64,000 bases of DNA from Capsulimonadaceae bacterium (GTDB lineage Bacteria > Armatimonadota > Armatimonadia > Armatimonadales > Capsulimonadaceae), in NCBI GenBank assembly GCA_965215505.1, contig OZ244065.1:3264001-3328000 (forward strand). The letters are read 5' to 3'. Made by a program: the position numbers and the translations under genes. Shown here piece by piece: positions 46,863 through 56,172 of this stretch. How positions within the stretch are numbered: the first letter of the stretch is position 1; the number at the start of each line of letters is the position of its first letter. The notes beneath the pieces are model-generated. The model saw nothing but the letters and a program-made list of their open reading frames with translations, ran no database searches and was not told the origin of the DNA.

Positions 46863-49800
46863 ATGGGACAGGACGGCGACAGCGGGCGGCGGGCGGGGCA
46901 GCCGAACCGACGCCTGGCGGTGCGGATGCTCGTGGCGCGTCTGGCATGGCTGGACGGCGTACCCGTTTGGAGCGGCGGGCGCATCGCCTGGGAGGGCGGG
47001 GAGGGCGGCGTGGTGTCGCCGGGACCTTCGGACCTGGCGCGCGCCCAGCGCTGCCTGCACAAGCTCCGCCAGTACCCGCGCGCCGCCCCGCTCGTGCTGG
47101 GCGACAGCCTGGCCTGGCTGGAGGAGCGCCGACAGCGCCTGGAGCATGTCAAGAGGTTGGCCGCCCTCCACGAGCTTGACATCCCCGCCTTGATCGGTCG
47201 GGCCGAGGCGGGCGATGGGGATGCTCTGGGCCGGCTCGCCGCCCTGTCGCCCGCCGAAGCCGTCTGCGTCAACCCGCTCCCCGCGTCCCCCTGCCGCGCC
47301 CTCACCGCACTCGGCCCGCGCGCCGCGCCGTTGCTGACCGCCCAAGCGCAAGATTCCGCCGCCCTGCCGGAGACGCGATGCCTCGCCGCCCTGACCCTCG
47401 GCGCGATCCACGGCCGGGCGGAGGGTGGCAGGCTGCCGCCCTTCACCGGGTCCGGCGGCGAGTCGCGCGCCTATGGCTGGGGGCGGCGTCATGGCCTGCC
47501 GCCCGACCCCGCCCTGGCCGCCGCCCTGCTGGCTGAGGAGGGTGGAAATGCCCTGGTCGCCCGGTGCCTCGCGGCCACCGCACCCGATCTGCCCCTCGCC
47601 CTGATGCCGGAACACCTGCGCCGCCTGGTGCGGCGGGGAGTGTCCCCGGAGCGCGTCACCGCCCTGGCCGAAGCCGTCGCCGAGGCCCGGCCCCTGGCCG
47701 CGCGGCTGGCCCGCTACCGGGAGGAACTGCCGGACAGACGCGCCGCCGAGCGCCGCAAGGCCGCGCGGGCGCTGAACGAGCAGCGTCAGGGGGTGATGAC
47801 GGTCATAGCCGATCTGTACAGGGAATATGCGATGATGTACGGCGACCCCACCGTCGTCTCCTCGCTGACCGCGTTCCTGTTCTCGATGCTAGACCTCGCG
47901 CCACCCTCGGAGCAGTGGACGGCGGCGGTATCGGCCATGCTGGACGACGGCCTGACGCTGCCGCCCGCACTGGCGGCGGCCTATCTAGGGCTGCTGACGG
48001 ACCGGCACGACCGCCAGGAGGGCCGCCCTCCCCTGCCGACGGAGCCGAAGGACGCCGTCAAGCATCTGATCTGGCGGGCGGAGGTGCGGCACAAGTGGCT
48101 CCCCCAGCGCTGCCGGGATGCACGGTCGCTCTGCGTCCTCCTGGGCAGGACCGGCGACGCCGAGATCGCGCGGGAGGCGCTGGCGCTGAGGGTGCATCGC
48201 GTTTTGGACGATTACGACTGGTCCGACCCGGACAAGTACCGCCGGCTTCTGGCACTTCTCGCGTCCCTCCCGCAAGCCGGGCGGGAGACGTACCGCCTGT
48301 GTGACCTGGTGGACGGCCTGGGGGACGCCGGGGCGGTCCGGGCCGCGATAAACCCGGTCATGGCCGCGCTCCACCCGGAGACGCCCGCCGTCCGGGCCGT
48401 GGTCTGGAACGCCCTGCTGGATGAGATCGGCTGGGACAGGTCCGCCCGGCGGAAAGCCTTGCCCCGTCTGGGCCGCTGCGCGCCGTCCCTGGCAGCCTTC
48501 GCCCGGCAAAGCAAACACCCTGACCATCTGGCGGCCTGCCTGGGTGGCCTGATGGCGCTTGACCCGTCGTGGTCCGAGGCGGCATCGGCTTGGCTCGACC
48601 GGATGCTGGCCGACCTGCTCGCGCGGGAGGCGCGCGGCGACGCCGGGCTGAGTGAAGAGGTCGTCCGCACGGCCGCCGTCCTCGCGTCCGCCCTGGGTGC
48701 CGGCGACCCGGACAGGATGATGGATGTCTTCCGGGCGTCCCTGGGACACGCCCTGCACATCGAGGAAGGTCGCTTGGAGCAGGGGCTGTCCCTGCTCGGG
48801 CGCTTCCCCGCTGCGCGGGCACCGCTGGCCGCCCTCTTCCCGCAGCAGCCCCGGCGCTGCGCCGCCCTGCTGGTCCGGCTCGGCCTGACTGCCCGGCTCG
48901 GGGCGGAAGCACTGGCCCCCCTGCGGCGGCTGGCCCCATCGCGCACGGACACGTCCTTTTTCCCCGTCCCCCTCGGCCCCGACGGCGGCTGGTGGCGTCT
49001 GCACCGGGCGTGTCCCGAACTGAGCAGTGAAGCGGCTTCCTACCGACACGCCTGCTGGGTGCATCATCAGAGGCCGGCCCTACCGCCGGGCGTCCGGCAG
49101 GCATTGGCGCAGCCGCAGCGTCGGGCCGAGGAGCTGGCGCACCTGGAACGGAGTGCCGCCGGACGCCCTGAGATCGGCAAGCGCATGGACAGGCTGCGCG
49201 CCCTGCTCGACGCCCCCGAACAGATGCAGGCCGATGTCCGGGCGGCGGTGCGGGAGCGTCTGCCGCGCCTGAACGCGGAAGCACAAATGGCCGCCCTGGA
49301 ACATCAGATGGAGGGCTGCTACCGAGCGCGGCTAGAGGAGCTGACCGGCCCTCTGCCCGCCGGTTTGATCCTCAGCGACGACCTCATCAACGCCGTTCTG
49401 CTGGCCGCCGACCTGACCCAGAACCGACGCCTGCTGCTGCGCCTGCTGCGCGCCCACCTAGCGGGCGAACCGCGCTGGCGCGAGTCGCACCCAGACAACG
49501 TCCGCTTCCTGGACTCGCTGACCGCGCAGGGGGCGGACGTGGGCGTCTGGCTGTCCGCGCGCCCGCGCCGCTACCCGTGTGCGGGCGCGGCGGGCGGGCG
49601 AGTCCGCCTGTGGCTGGAGCGCGACCCGCTGCACGTCTTGCAGATGGGCAACTACTTCGACACCTGTCTCAGCTTCGACGATTTCAACGCCTTCTCGACC
49701 GTCGCCAACGCCTGCGAGCTGAACAAGCGCGTGATCTACGCCCGCGACGGGGCGGGCCACGTCGTCGGGCGCAAGCTCATCGGCGTCTCCGGGGACGGCG

Positions 49801-50030
49801 CGCTGGTCGGCTTCCGCACCTACACGTCGCTGACCGGGAAGGCGGAGAATGCCTCCTTGCAAGCCGTCATCCGGCACTACGCCGCCGCCTTCGCCGCCGA
49901 CTGCGGGCTGCCCCTGGCCGACACTGGCACGGTGCCGACCCTGTTCGCCGAGGCCTGGTACGATGACGGCACGGCGGCATGGGACGGGGAGGGGACGCCG
50001 CCTGCCCGTTCGGGTATACTTAAGGCATGA
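46863..50030 (+). CDS. Large helical protein (~1055 aa) with a motif-rich C-terminal alpha/beta domain (PcfJ/GNAT-like by recall)
   Basis: GGAGG RBS before ATG 46863; Leu/Ala/Arg-rich body; DPLHVLQMGNYFDTCLS...NAFSTVANA.ELNKRVIYARD..G.VVGRKLIG. Confidence 0.7.
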   Translation: MGQDGDSGRRAGQPNRRLAVRMLVARLAWLDGVPVWSGGRIAWEGGEGGVVSPGPSDLARAQRCLHKLRQYPRAAPLVLGDSLAWLEERRQRLEHVKRLAALHELDIPALIGRAEAGDGDALGRLAALSPAEAVCVNPLPASPCRALTALGPRAAPLLTAQAQDSAALPETRCLAALTLGAIHGRAEGGRLPPFTGSGGESRAYGWGRRHGLPPDPALAAALLAEEGGNALVARCLAATAPDLPLALMPEHLRRLVRRGVSPERVTALAEAVAEARPLAARLARYREELPDRRAAERRKAARALNEQRQGVMTVIADLYREYAMMYGDPTVVSSLTAFLFSMLDLAPPSEQWTAAVSAMLDDGLTLPPALAAAYLGLLTDRHDRQEGRPPLPTEPKDAVKHLIWRAEVRHKWLPQRCRDARSLCVLLGRTGDAEIAREALALRVHRVLDDYDWSDPDKYRRLLALLASLPQAGRETYRLCDLVDGLGDAGAVRAAINPVMAALHPETPAVRAVVWNALLDEIGWDRSARRKALPRLGRCAPSLAAFARQSKHPDHLAACLGGLMALDPSWSEAASAWLDRMLADLLAREARGDAGLSEEVVRTAAVLASALGAGDPDRMMDVFRASLGHALHIEEGRLEQGLSLLGRFPAARAPLAALFPQQPRRCAALLVRLGLTARLGAEALAPLRRLAPSRTDTSFFPVPLGPDGGWWRLHRACPELSSEAASYRHACWVHHQRPALPPGVRQALAQPQRRAEELAHLERSAAGRPEIGKRMDRLRALLDAPEQMQADVRAAVRERLPRLNAEAQMAALEHQMEGCYRARLEELTGPLPAGLILSDDLINAVLLAADLTQNRRLLLRLLRAHLAGEPRWRESHPDNVRFLDSLTAQGADVGVWLSARPRRYPCAGAAGGRVRLWLERDPLHVLQMGNYFDTCLSFDDFNAFSTVANACELNKRVIYARDGAGHVVGRKLIGVSGDGALVGFRTYTSLTGKAENASLQAVIRHYAAAFAADCGLPLADTGTVPTLFAEAWYDDGTAAWDGEGTPPARSGILKA

Positions 50031-50073
50031 CGCGGCGCGGGAGCAAGAGTGCGAGTGAGAAGGGGCGCGGCCT

Positions 50074-51297
50074 GTGACGCTCGAACAGATAGACGCGGCC
50101 CTGGCCGAGTGGCAGGGGAAGCTGAACCTCGCCAGCGCCAACCTGCTGGAACTCGACGACCTGTTCACCTACAAGCGGCTCCGGGGGACGGCGGGGGCGG
50201 CCCTCGTCGGCGTCACGCGGGAGCGGGTCGGGCCTGCCCTGGCCGCGATGGACCAGTTGTGGCAGTCGCTCGCGCTGCTGACGGACACCATCGGCCGCGC
50301 GCAGGCTCTGCGTAAGTCGGCCTCCCGGCTGTGGGCCACCGAGCGCACGGGCCGCGAGATCGAGGAGATCTTGTCGGGGCCGTCCGTCCTCATGCCCGCC
50401 CCGCCCGCCCCGCTCGCCCAGCGCGAGCTGCTTTCCACCGCCGACTCCACCCTCTCCATCACCCCGTCGCAGCTCCTCTCGACCATGATGGGGGCCTTCG
50501 ACGCCGCCCGGAACACCATCCTGGCCGTGGACGCCGCCTGGAACCGACTGGAACCGCTGCTGGCCGCCGCCGGGCGCGAGGCCGATGCGCTCCAAACCCT
50601 GGCCGAAGGACTGGGCGAACCCGCGCCGCCCGACCTTGCCACGGGCCGGCAGAAGATCGAGGGGCTGACCGCCCGCGTCGAGACCGACCCGCTGGGCGTG
50701 CAGACCGATTTCGCCGCCGAGCTGTCCCCGCTGCTGGCGCGGGCGCGCGCCTGGCTGGACGACCTGGCCCGGCAGCGCGCCGAAGTGGGGGCAAATCAGG
50801 CCCGCGCGCATTCGCTGCTGCAAGCCCTGTCGGGCGTGACCCAGGACTGCGCGGCGGCCTACGCGGAGTGTCTGGAAAAGGCCGCCGCCGCCTCGGGTCC
50901 GGTCCCACCCCCCGACGCCGCCCAGGCCGCCGACCTCGCCGCCTGGCTCGGGACCCTGGACGCCGCGCTGGCGCAGGGCCGCTGGAAGGCCGCCCGGATC
51001 GGCCTGGACCGCTGGCTGCTGACCGCCGAGGCCGACCTCGCCGCCGCCCGTGCGGCCCTCGCCTCGAACCGGGCCGCGCTGGAAAAGCGGGCCGAGCTGC
51101 GCGGCTGCCTCGCCTCCCTGCGCGTCAAGGCGCAGGCTTACGCCGCGCGCGGCGTCGCCCTCGACCCCGCCCTGGCCGCCGTCGCCGACCAAGCCGACCG
51201 CCTGCTGTCGTCCCGGCCCACGCCGCTGGAAGAGGCCACCCGCCTGGTTTCCGACTATGAGGCGCGGCTTGCGCGGGCGTTGAAGGGCGGGCGCTGA
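50074..51297 (+). CDS. Coiled-coil protein of the PknG-type cluster
   Basis: All-helical; NLLELDD...L.G.T..R and R.ELRG.L....KA, as recalled from Streptomyces kinase-cluster proteins. Confidence 0.75.
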   Translation: MTLEQIDAALAEWQGKLNLASANLLELDDLFTYKRLRGTAGAALVGVTRERVGPALAAMDQLWQSLALLTDTIGRAQALRKSASRLWATERTGREIEEILSGPSVLMPAPPAPLAQRELLSTADSTLSITPSQLLSTMMGAFDAARNTILAVDAAWNRLEPLLAAAGREADALQTLAEGLGEPAPPDLATGRQKIEGLTARVETDPLGVQTDFAAELSPLLARARAWLDDLARQRAEVGANQARAHSLLQALSGVTQDCAAAYAECLEKAAAASGPVPPPDAAQAADLAAWLGTLDAALAQGRWKAARIGLDRWLLTAEADLAAARAALASNRAALEKRAELRGCLASLRVKAQAYAARGVALDPALAAVADQADRLLSSRPTPLEEATRLVSDYEARLARALKGGR

Positions 51298-51386
51298 TCC
51301 TGCCCGAACCCCCCGGCTGTAAAGATTTCATAAAAGTTCCACCCGGCTGCAACCAAGTTGACCGTTCGCGTGTCATAAATACAGTA

Positions 51387-53582
51387 ATGGATATCCTGTG
51401 TCAGAGGCCGGGCTGTTCCGGCAAGATCGTGGACGGAGTCTGCGAAGACTGCGGGCGTCCGCCCGCCGGGAAGTCGCTCGTCCCAGGCCCCGCCGTCAGC
51501 ACCCAGGCGTCGGCGAAGCTGGCCTCGGCGCGGACCTCTTCGGCCGTCTCCACCGCCTCCTCGTCGTCTTCTTCGGCGTTCTCGGGCCGGACCTCGGGGT
51601 CGGCCCGCAGCGGGAGGTCGTCGGGGCGCGGCTCACGCGGCTCCTCGCGCCGCGCGCTTGGCGCGGGCCTGGTCACGCTGCCGCCGCTCCCCTCGCTCGA
51701 CCCGCTGCTCTCCCTGCTGACCGACCCCGTCGTGCCGGAGCGCAAGCGGTACTGCAACAACTGCGGCGCGAAGGTCAACAATGAGAAGGGCTTCTGCCCG
51801 CAGTGCGGCCAGGAATACTCGTTCGTCCCGACCCTGAAGCCGGGCGACGTGGTGGCCGGACAGTATGAGGTCAAAGGGGCCATCGCCTTCGGCGGCCTGG
51901 GCTGGATCTATCTGGGCTGGGACAACATCCTGTCCCGGTGGGTGGTCCTGAAGGGCCTGCTGAACTCCAAGGACGCCGCCTCGGCCCAGGCCGCCGTCAC
52001 CGAGCGGCAGTTCCTGGCCGCCGTCAAGCACCCCAAACTGGTCGGCGTCTACAACTTCGTCACGCGCGGGACCGAAGGCTACATCGTGATGGAGTACGTC
52101 GGCGGCAAGACGCTCAAGGCGATCCGGCAGGAGCGCGGCCCGCTGCCCGCGACCGAGGCCATCGCCTACATCTACGCCATCCTGCCCGCCTTCGCCTACA
52201 TGGAGCGTCAGGGCCTGGTCTACTGCGACTTCAAGCCCGACAACTGCATGCTGGAGGACGACGACGTCAAGCTGATCGACATGGGCGGCGTCCGGCGCGT
52301 GGACGACCTGGGCGGCGACGTCTACGGCACCAAGGGGTACTCCGCGCCCGAAGCCGACGACGCCCCCTCGTTCGCCTCGGACCTCTACACCGTCGGCCGG
52401 ACCCTGGCCCTGCTGCTGATGGACTTCAAGTTCCAGGGCCAGTATCTCACCAGCCTGCCGCCGCGCGAGGAGCAGCCCGTCCTCGCCAAGTACGAGTCGC
52501 TGGACCGCTGGCTGCGGAAGGCGACGCGCGAGAACCCCGACGACCGCTTCCAGACGGCGGACGAGATGGGGGACGACCTGCTGGGCGTCCTGCGCGAGAT
52601 CGTCGCCGAGGACGGCACCCCGCGCCCCGCCGACAGCGCCCTGTTCACCGGCGATGTCAGTGAGGAGAACACGGTTTCCGTCCCCGGCGTCGCCCTGCTG
52701 CCCGCCCTGAAAGTGGACCCGCTGGACCCCGCCGCCAACGCCGTCCTGTCCACGGGCGGCCGGGCCGACCCGAACCAACTGGCGATGGCCTTTGCCAGTG
52801 CCGCCAAGAAGTTCCCCGACTCGTCCGAGGCCCCCCTGCGGCTGGCCCTGGTCCAGATCGGATTGGAGCAGTACGCCAAGGCCGAGCAGACCTTGCACGG
52901 CATCGAGGAGCGTGACCCGTTCGACTGGCGCGTCCACTGGTATCGCGGGCGGATGCGGCTGGGCCAGGGGCAGACCAAGGACGCCTATGCCCTCTTCGAC
53001 CGCGTTTATAGCGAGCTGCCCGGCGAACTCGCCCCCAAGCTCGCCTGTGCCCTGGCCGCCGAGGCGTCGGGCAACCGGGACACGGCGATGCGCCTCTACG
53101 ATGTGGTTTCGCGCACCGACCCGAGCTTCACCGCGGCGGCCTTCGGCCTGGCCCGCTGCCGCGCCGCCGTCGGCGACCGGGCGGGGGCCGTCGCCGCCCT
53201 GGCCCGCGTCCCAGGCACGTCCAGCCTGTACGTCCCGGCCCAGCTCGCGCTGGCCCGCGTCCTGGTCCAGCCGACGCCCACCCCGCCCGGCGCGTCCGAG
53301 ATTCGCCAGGCGTCCGAGGCGATCCAGGCGCTCGCTTTGGACGGCCTGGCCCTGCACCAGTTCTCCGCCGAGCTGTTCCTGACCGCCGTCGCCCAGGTGG
53401 AGGCCAAGGCTTTCCCCGAGAACCCCGCCGACATGGTGCTGGGCCAGTCCCTCCAGCTTCGGTCGTTGCGGGCCGGGGCGGAGCGCGAGCTGCGCGCCTG
53501 CGCCCACCTGTCCAAGACGCCCGAGGAGCGGATCGCCTTCGTGGATCAGGCCAACAAGGTGCGGCCCCGGACGCTGTTCTAA
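51387..53582 (+). CDS. pknG: PknG-like Ser/Thr kinase (Zn ribbon, rubredoxin-like, kinase, TPR)
   Basis: CNNC..CPQC, QYEVKGAIAFGGLGWIYL, WVVLKGLL, YCDFKPDN, IDMG, PGELAPKLA, VDQANKVRP.T. Confidence 0.9.
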   Translation: MDILCQRPGCSGKIVDGVCEDCGRPPAGKSLVPGPAVSTQASAKLASARTSSAVSTASSSSSSAFSGRTSGSARSGRSSGRGSRGSSRRALGAGLVTLPPLPSLDPLLSLLTDPVVPERKRYCNNCGAKVNNEKGFCPQCGQEYSFVPTLKPGDVVAGQYEVKGAIAFGGLGWIYLGWDNILSRWVVLKGLLNSKDAASAQAAVTERQFLAAVKHPKLVGVYNFVTRGTEGYIVMEYVGGKTLKAIRQERGPLPATEAIAYIYAILPAFAYMERQGLVYCDFKPDNCMLEDDDVKLIDMGGVRRVDDLGGDVYGTKGYSAPEADDAPSFASDLYTVGRTLALLLMDFKFQGQYLTSLPPREEQPVLAKYESLDRWLRKATRENPDDRFQTADEMGDDLLGVLREIVAEDGTPRPADSALFTGDVSEENTVSVPGVALLPALKVDPLDPAANAVLSTGGRADPNQLAMAFASAAKKFPDSSEAPLRLALVQIGLEQYAKAEQTLHGIEERDPFDWRVHWYRGRMRLGQGQTKDAYALFDRVYSELPGELAPKLACALAAEASGNRDTAMRLYDVVSRTDPSFTAAAFGLARCRAAVGDRAGAVAALARVPGTSSLYVPAQLALARVLVQPTPTPPGASEIRQASEAIQALALDGLALHQFSAELFLTAVAQVEAKAFPENPADMVLGQSLQLRSLRAGAERELRACAHLSKTPEERIAFVDQANKVRPRTLF

Positions 53583-53623
53583 AGCGCGCAACCCGTACCG
53601 AATTATACGAACCATGTCACGAA

Positions 53624-53761
53624 CCATGTGTTGAAACGCACGGCTAGTCGGCGCGGACGCCATAAAGCCCCGCGAAGCGGGGCTAGGAGCCTCTGATCTG
53701 AGTGCCGCGAAGCGGTACTTCTCGGCGTCCGCGCCGTCTAGCCGTGTGTTTCAACACATGG
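53624..53761. repeat. REP doublet with nested palindromes inside the kinase operon
   Basis: ccatgtgttgaaacgcacggctag ... ctagccgtgtgtttcaacacatgg; inner gccccgcgaagcggggc and gtgccgcgaagcggtac. Confidence 0.85.
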
Positions 53762-53796
53762 ACCTGAATGAAAAAGCCGACGAAAGACCACTCTCC

Positions 53797-54831
53797 ATGC
53801 CCTGTCCGAAGTGCGCCGCCGACGTGTCCCCCGGCGCTAAGTTCTGCGAATCCTGCGGTGCGCCCCTGACCCCGGACGCCGTTCCTGCGGCCAGCAGCGC
53901 CCCCGCCGCCGAAAATACTCCCGCGCCCGCCGCCCGCTGCCGGTGCGGGGCCGCCGCCGAGGAAGTAGACGCGCAGGGATACTGCACCGCCTGCGGCGTC
54001 AAGCGCCACGCGCCCGCCCCGGCCCGGCTCGCCCTGCCGCGCGACCATGTGGAGATCGTGATGACCCCGGCCTTCGCCGCCGTCACCGACCGGGGGAAGC
54101 GCCACGCGAACAACCAGGATGACGTGGCGCTGGCCTGGGAGGCGGGCGGAGGCAGCCCCGCCTCCGTCATCGTCGTCTGCGACGGGGTTTCCAGCGCGCA
54201 GGAGGCCGACCGCGCCTCGGCCCTCGCCGCCGCCGCTGCCCGCGACGCCCTGCTGTCCGCCGTGCGAGGCGGGACGTTCGGCGAGGGGGCGATGGCGTCC
54301 GCCCTGCGGGCCGGACACGAGGCCGCGAAGACGATCCCCTACCGCCGCGACCACGAGACGTTAGGCCCGCCGGGGGCGACCATCGTGGCAGCCGTCGTGT
54401 CGGGCGGGACGCTGACCGTCGGCTGGGTCGGCGACAGCCGGGCCTACCTCTTCACCGAAACCGAGGCCAGGCTGCTGACGCGCGACCATTCGTGGGTCAA
54501 CGAGATGGTGGACGCGGGCGAGATGACCGAGGCCCAGGCCCTGCGCTCCAAGCAGGCCCACGCCATCACCCGCTGCCTCGGCCCGCTGAACGGCGAGCCA
54601 CCGGACGACGTGCCGGTCCCCTCCCTCGTCGCCCTGCCCGCCCCGCCCGGCGGCCTGCTCCTGATCTGCTCCGACGGCCTGTGGAACTACGCCGCCGCGC
54701 CGGACGAGCTGGCCGCCCTGATCAAGCAGCCGCCCGACGGCGACGCGCTGGCCTTGTGCCGGCGATTGGTGGATTTCGCGCTGGCCGAGGGCGGGCGGGA
54801 CAACATCACGGCGGCCGTCGTGGAGATGTAA
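53797..54831 (+). CDS. PP2C phosphatase with N-terminal zinc ribbons
   Basis: CPKC/FCESCG/YCTACG; NQD, VCDGV, VGDSRAY, CSDGL, GGRDNIT. Confidence 0.93.
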   Translation: MPCPKCAADVSPGAKFCESCGAPLTPDAVPAASSAPAAENTPAPAARCRCGAAAEEVDAQGYCTACGVKRHAPAPARLALPRDHVEIVMTPAFAAVTDRGKRHANNQDDVALAWEAGGGSPASVIVVCDGVSSAQEADRASALAAAAARDALLSAVRGGTFGEGAMASALRAGHEAAKTIPYRRDHETLGPPGATIVAAVVSGGTLTVGWVGDSRAYLFTETEARLLTRDHSWVNEMVDAGEMTEAQALRSKQAHAITRCLGPLNGEPPDDVPVPSLVALPAPPGGLLLICSDGLWNYAAAPDELAALIKQPPDGDALALCRRLVDFALAEGGRDNITAAVVEM

Positions 54832-54895
54832 GATGCGCGGGCGGTTGAAACCGCCCGCAAAGGCCGCTTAACGAGACTTCAGGAAAGAGTGACCC

Positions 54896-56170
54896 ATGCA
54901 ATTTCAGGTAGACACGTTTTTCAACCCCTACTTACCCGCCGGGACCAACCGCACCGACGCCGTCGTCACCATCACCGCGTCGGGGGAGGGAACGGCCGCG
55001 CCGGCCGGGGGCGTCGTCGGGCTGATCCTGGACGTCTCCGGCTCGATGCAGGGCGACCGCATGAGCGCCGTCAAGCACGCCACGCGCAAGGCGATAGATC
55101 TGCTGGATGAGGGCGCGTACTTCTTCATCGTCGCCTTCTCCAACTATCCCACCCGCGTCTTCGGGCTGGCCCAGGCGACATCTGCCAACAAGGCCGCCGC
55201 CGACGCCCAGGTGCGGCGGCTGGAGGCGGGCGGCAAGACCGACATGTCCCTGGGCCTGAACATGGCTTTAGAGGAGTTCGCCAAGAAGCCCGACGCCATC
55301 CGCTATGCCCTCTTCCTGACCGACGGCAAGAACGACCAGGAGGACGAGGGGCCGCTCGAACTGGCCCTGCAAAAGTGCGAAGGCGTCTTCCAGTGCGACT
55401 GCCGGGGCGTCGGCACGGACTGGCAGCCGCATCAGCTCCGCAAGATCGCCGGGCGGCTCCTCGGGACGGCCCAGATCATCGCCGAGCCGGCCGGGATGGA
55501 GGCCGATTTCCAGTCCGCCATCCACGGCGCTCTGGGCCGGGCCGTCGGCGACGTCCGCCTGCGGCTGTGGACCCCGAAGAGCGCTCGCATCCTCGCCTGC
55601 AAGCAGATGAGCCCCGAAATCGCCGTCCTGACCGACCGCTTCAGCCAGGTGGACGCCCAGACGCGCGACTACCCCACCGGAGCCTGGGGCGGCGAGTCGC
55701 GTGACTACTATGTCGCCGTCGAGCTGACGGCGGGTGACGTCGGCGACGAGATGCTCGGCTGCCGTGCCTCGGTCGTCCACGGCCCGCCAGGCTCCGAAGT
55801 CAAAGTGACCGGCGCACCCGTTGTCGCGACCTGGACCGACGATGAGACGCTTTCGGCCCGGATCAACTCGCAGGTCGCCCACTACACTGGCCAGGAAGAA
55901 CTCGCCGAGGCGATCCAGACCGGCCTGGAGGCGAACGCGCGGGGCGACGTGGACACGGCGACCAAGATGCTGGGCCGGGCGGCGAAATTGGCGCACGAGT
56001 CGGGCAACGAGGACACGACCCGCCGCCTGTCCAAAGTGGTGGACATCGTGGACGCCGACGGCGGCACGGTCCGCCTGAAGTCGAAGGTGAATAAGGCCGA
56101 CGAGATGGACCTGGACCTGGGTTCCACCCGGACGGCGCGGGCCGGGCGTCGGCCCGCCGGAGGCGCTTGA
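54896..56170 (+). CDS. vWA-domain protein
   Basis: LDVSGSM MIDAS, GG.T, FLTDG, CDCRGVG.DW, VAHYTGQ.ELA. Confidence 0.93.
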   Translation: MQFQVDTFFNPYLPAGTNRTDAVVTITASGEGTAAPAGGVVGLILDVSGSMQGDRMSAVKHATRKAIDLLDEGAYFFIVAFSNYPTRVFGLAQATSANKAAADAQVRRLEAGGKTDMSLGLNMALEEFAKKPDAIRYALFLTDGKNDQEDEGPLELALQKCEGVFQCDCRGVGTDWQPHQLRKIAGRLLGTAQIIAEPAGMEADFQSAIHGALGRAVGDVRLRLWTPKSARILACKQMSPEIAVLTDRFSQVDAQTRDYPTGAWGGESRDYYVAVELTAGDVGDEMLGCRASVVHGPPGSEVKVTGAPVVATWTDDETLSARINSQVAHYTGQEELAEAIQTGLEANARGDVDTATKMLGRAAKLAHESGNEDTTRRLSKVVDIVDADGGTVRLKSKVNKADEMDLDLGSTRTARAGRRPAGGA

Positions 56171-56172
56171 AG

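Noticed and set aside
51358-51386. TTGACC-based sigma70 promoter for the kinase
   Set aside because: No convincing -10 at a spacing compatible with the ATG at 51387
51500-51650. Ser/Gly/Arg low-complexity stretch as a tandem repeat
   Set aside because: Coding linker of the PknG-like kinase; no fixed repeat unit
37352-53761. GTTGAAA-containing palindromes as CRISPR repeats
   Set aside because: They occur as isolated inverted pairs, not as direct repeats with unique spacers; no cas genes
53745-53761. tgtttcaacaca as a parS site
   Set aside because: Does not match the TGTTTCACGTGAAACA palindrome; it is the arm of a REP doublet. No parS was seen near parAB
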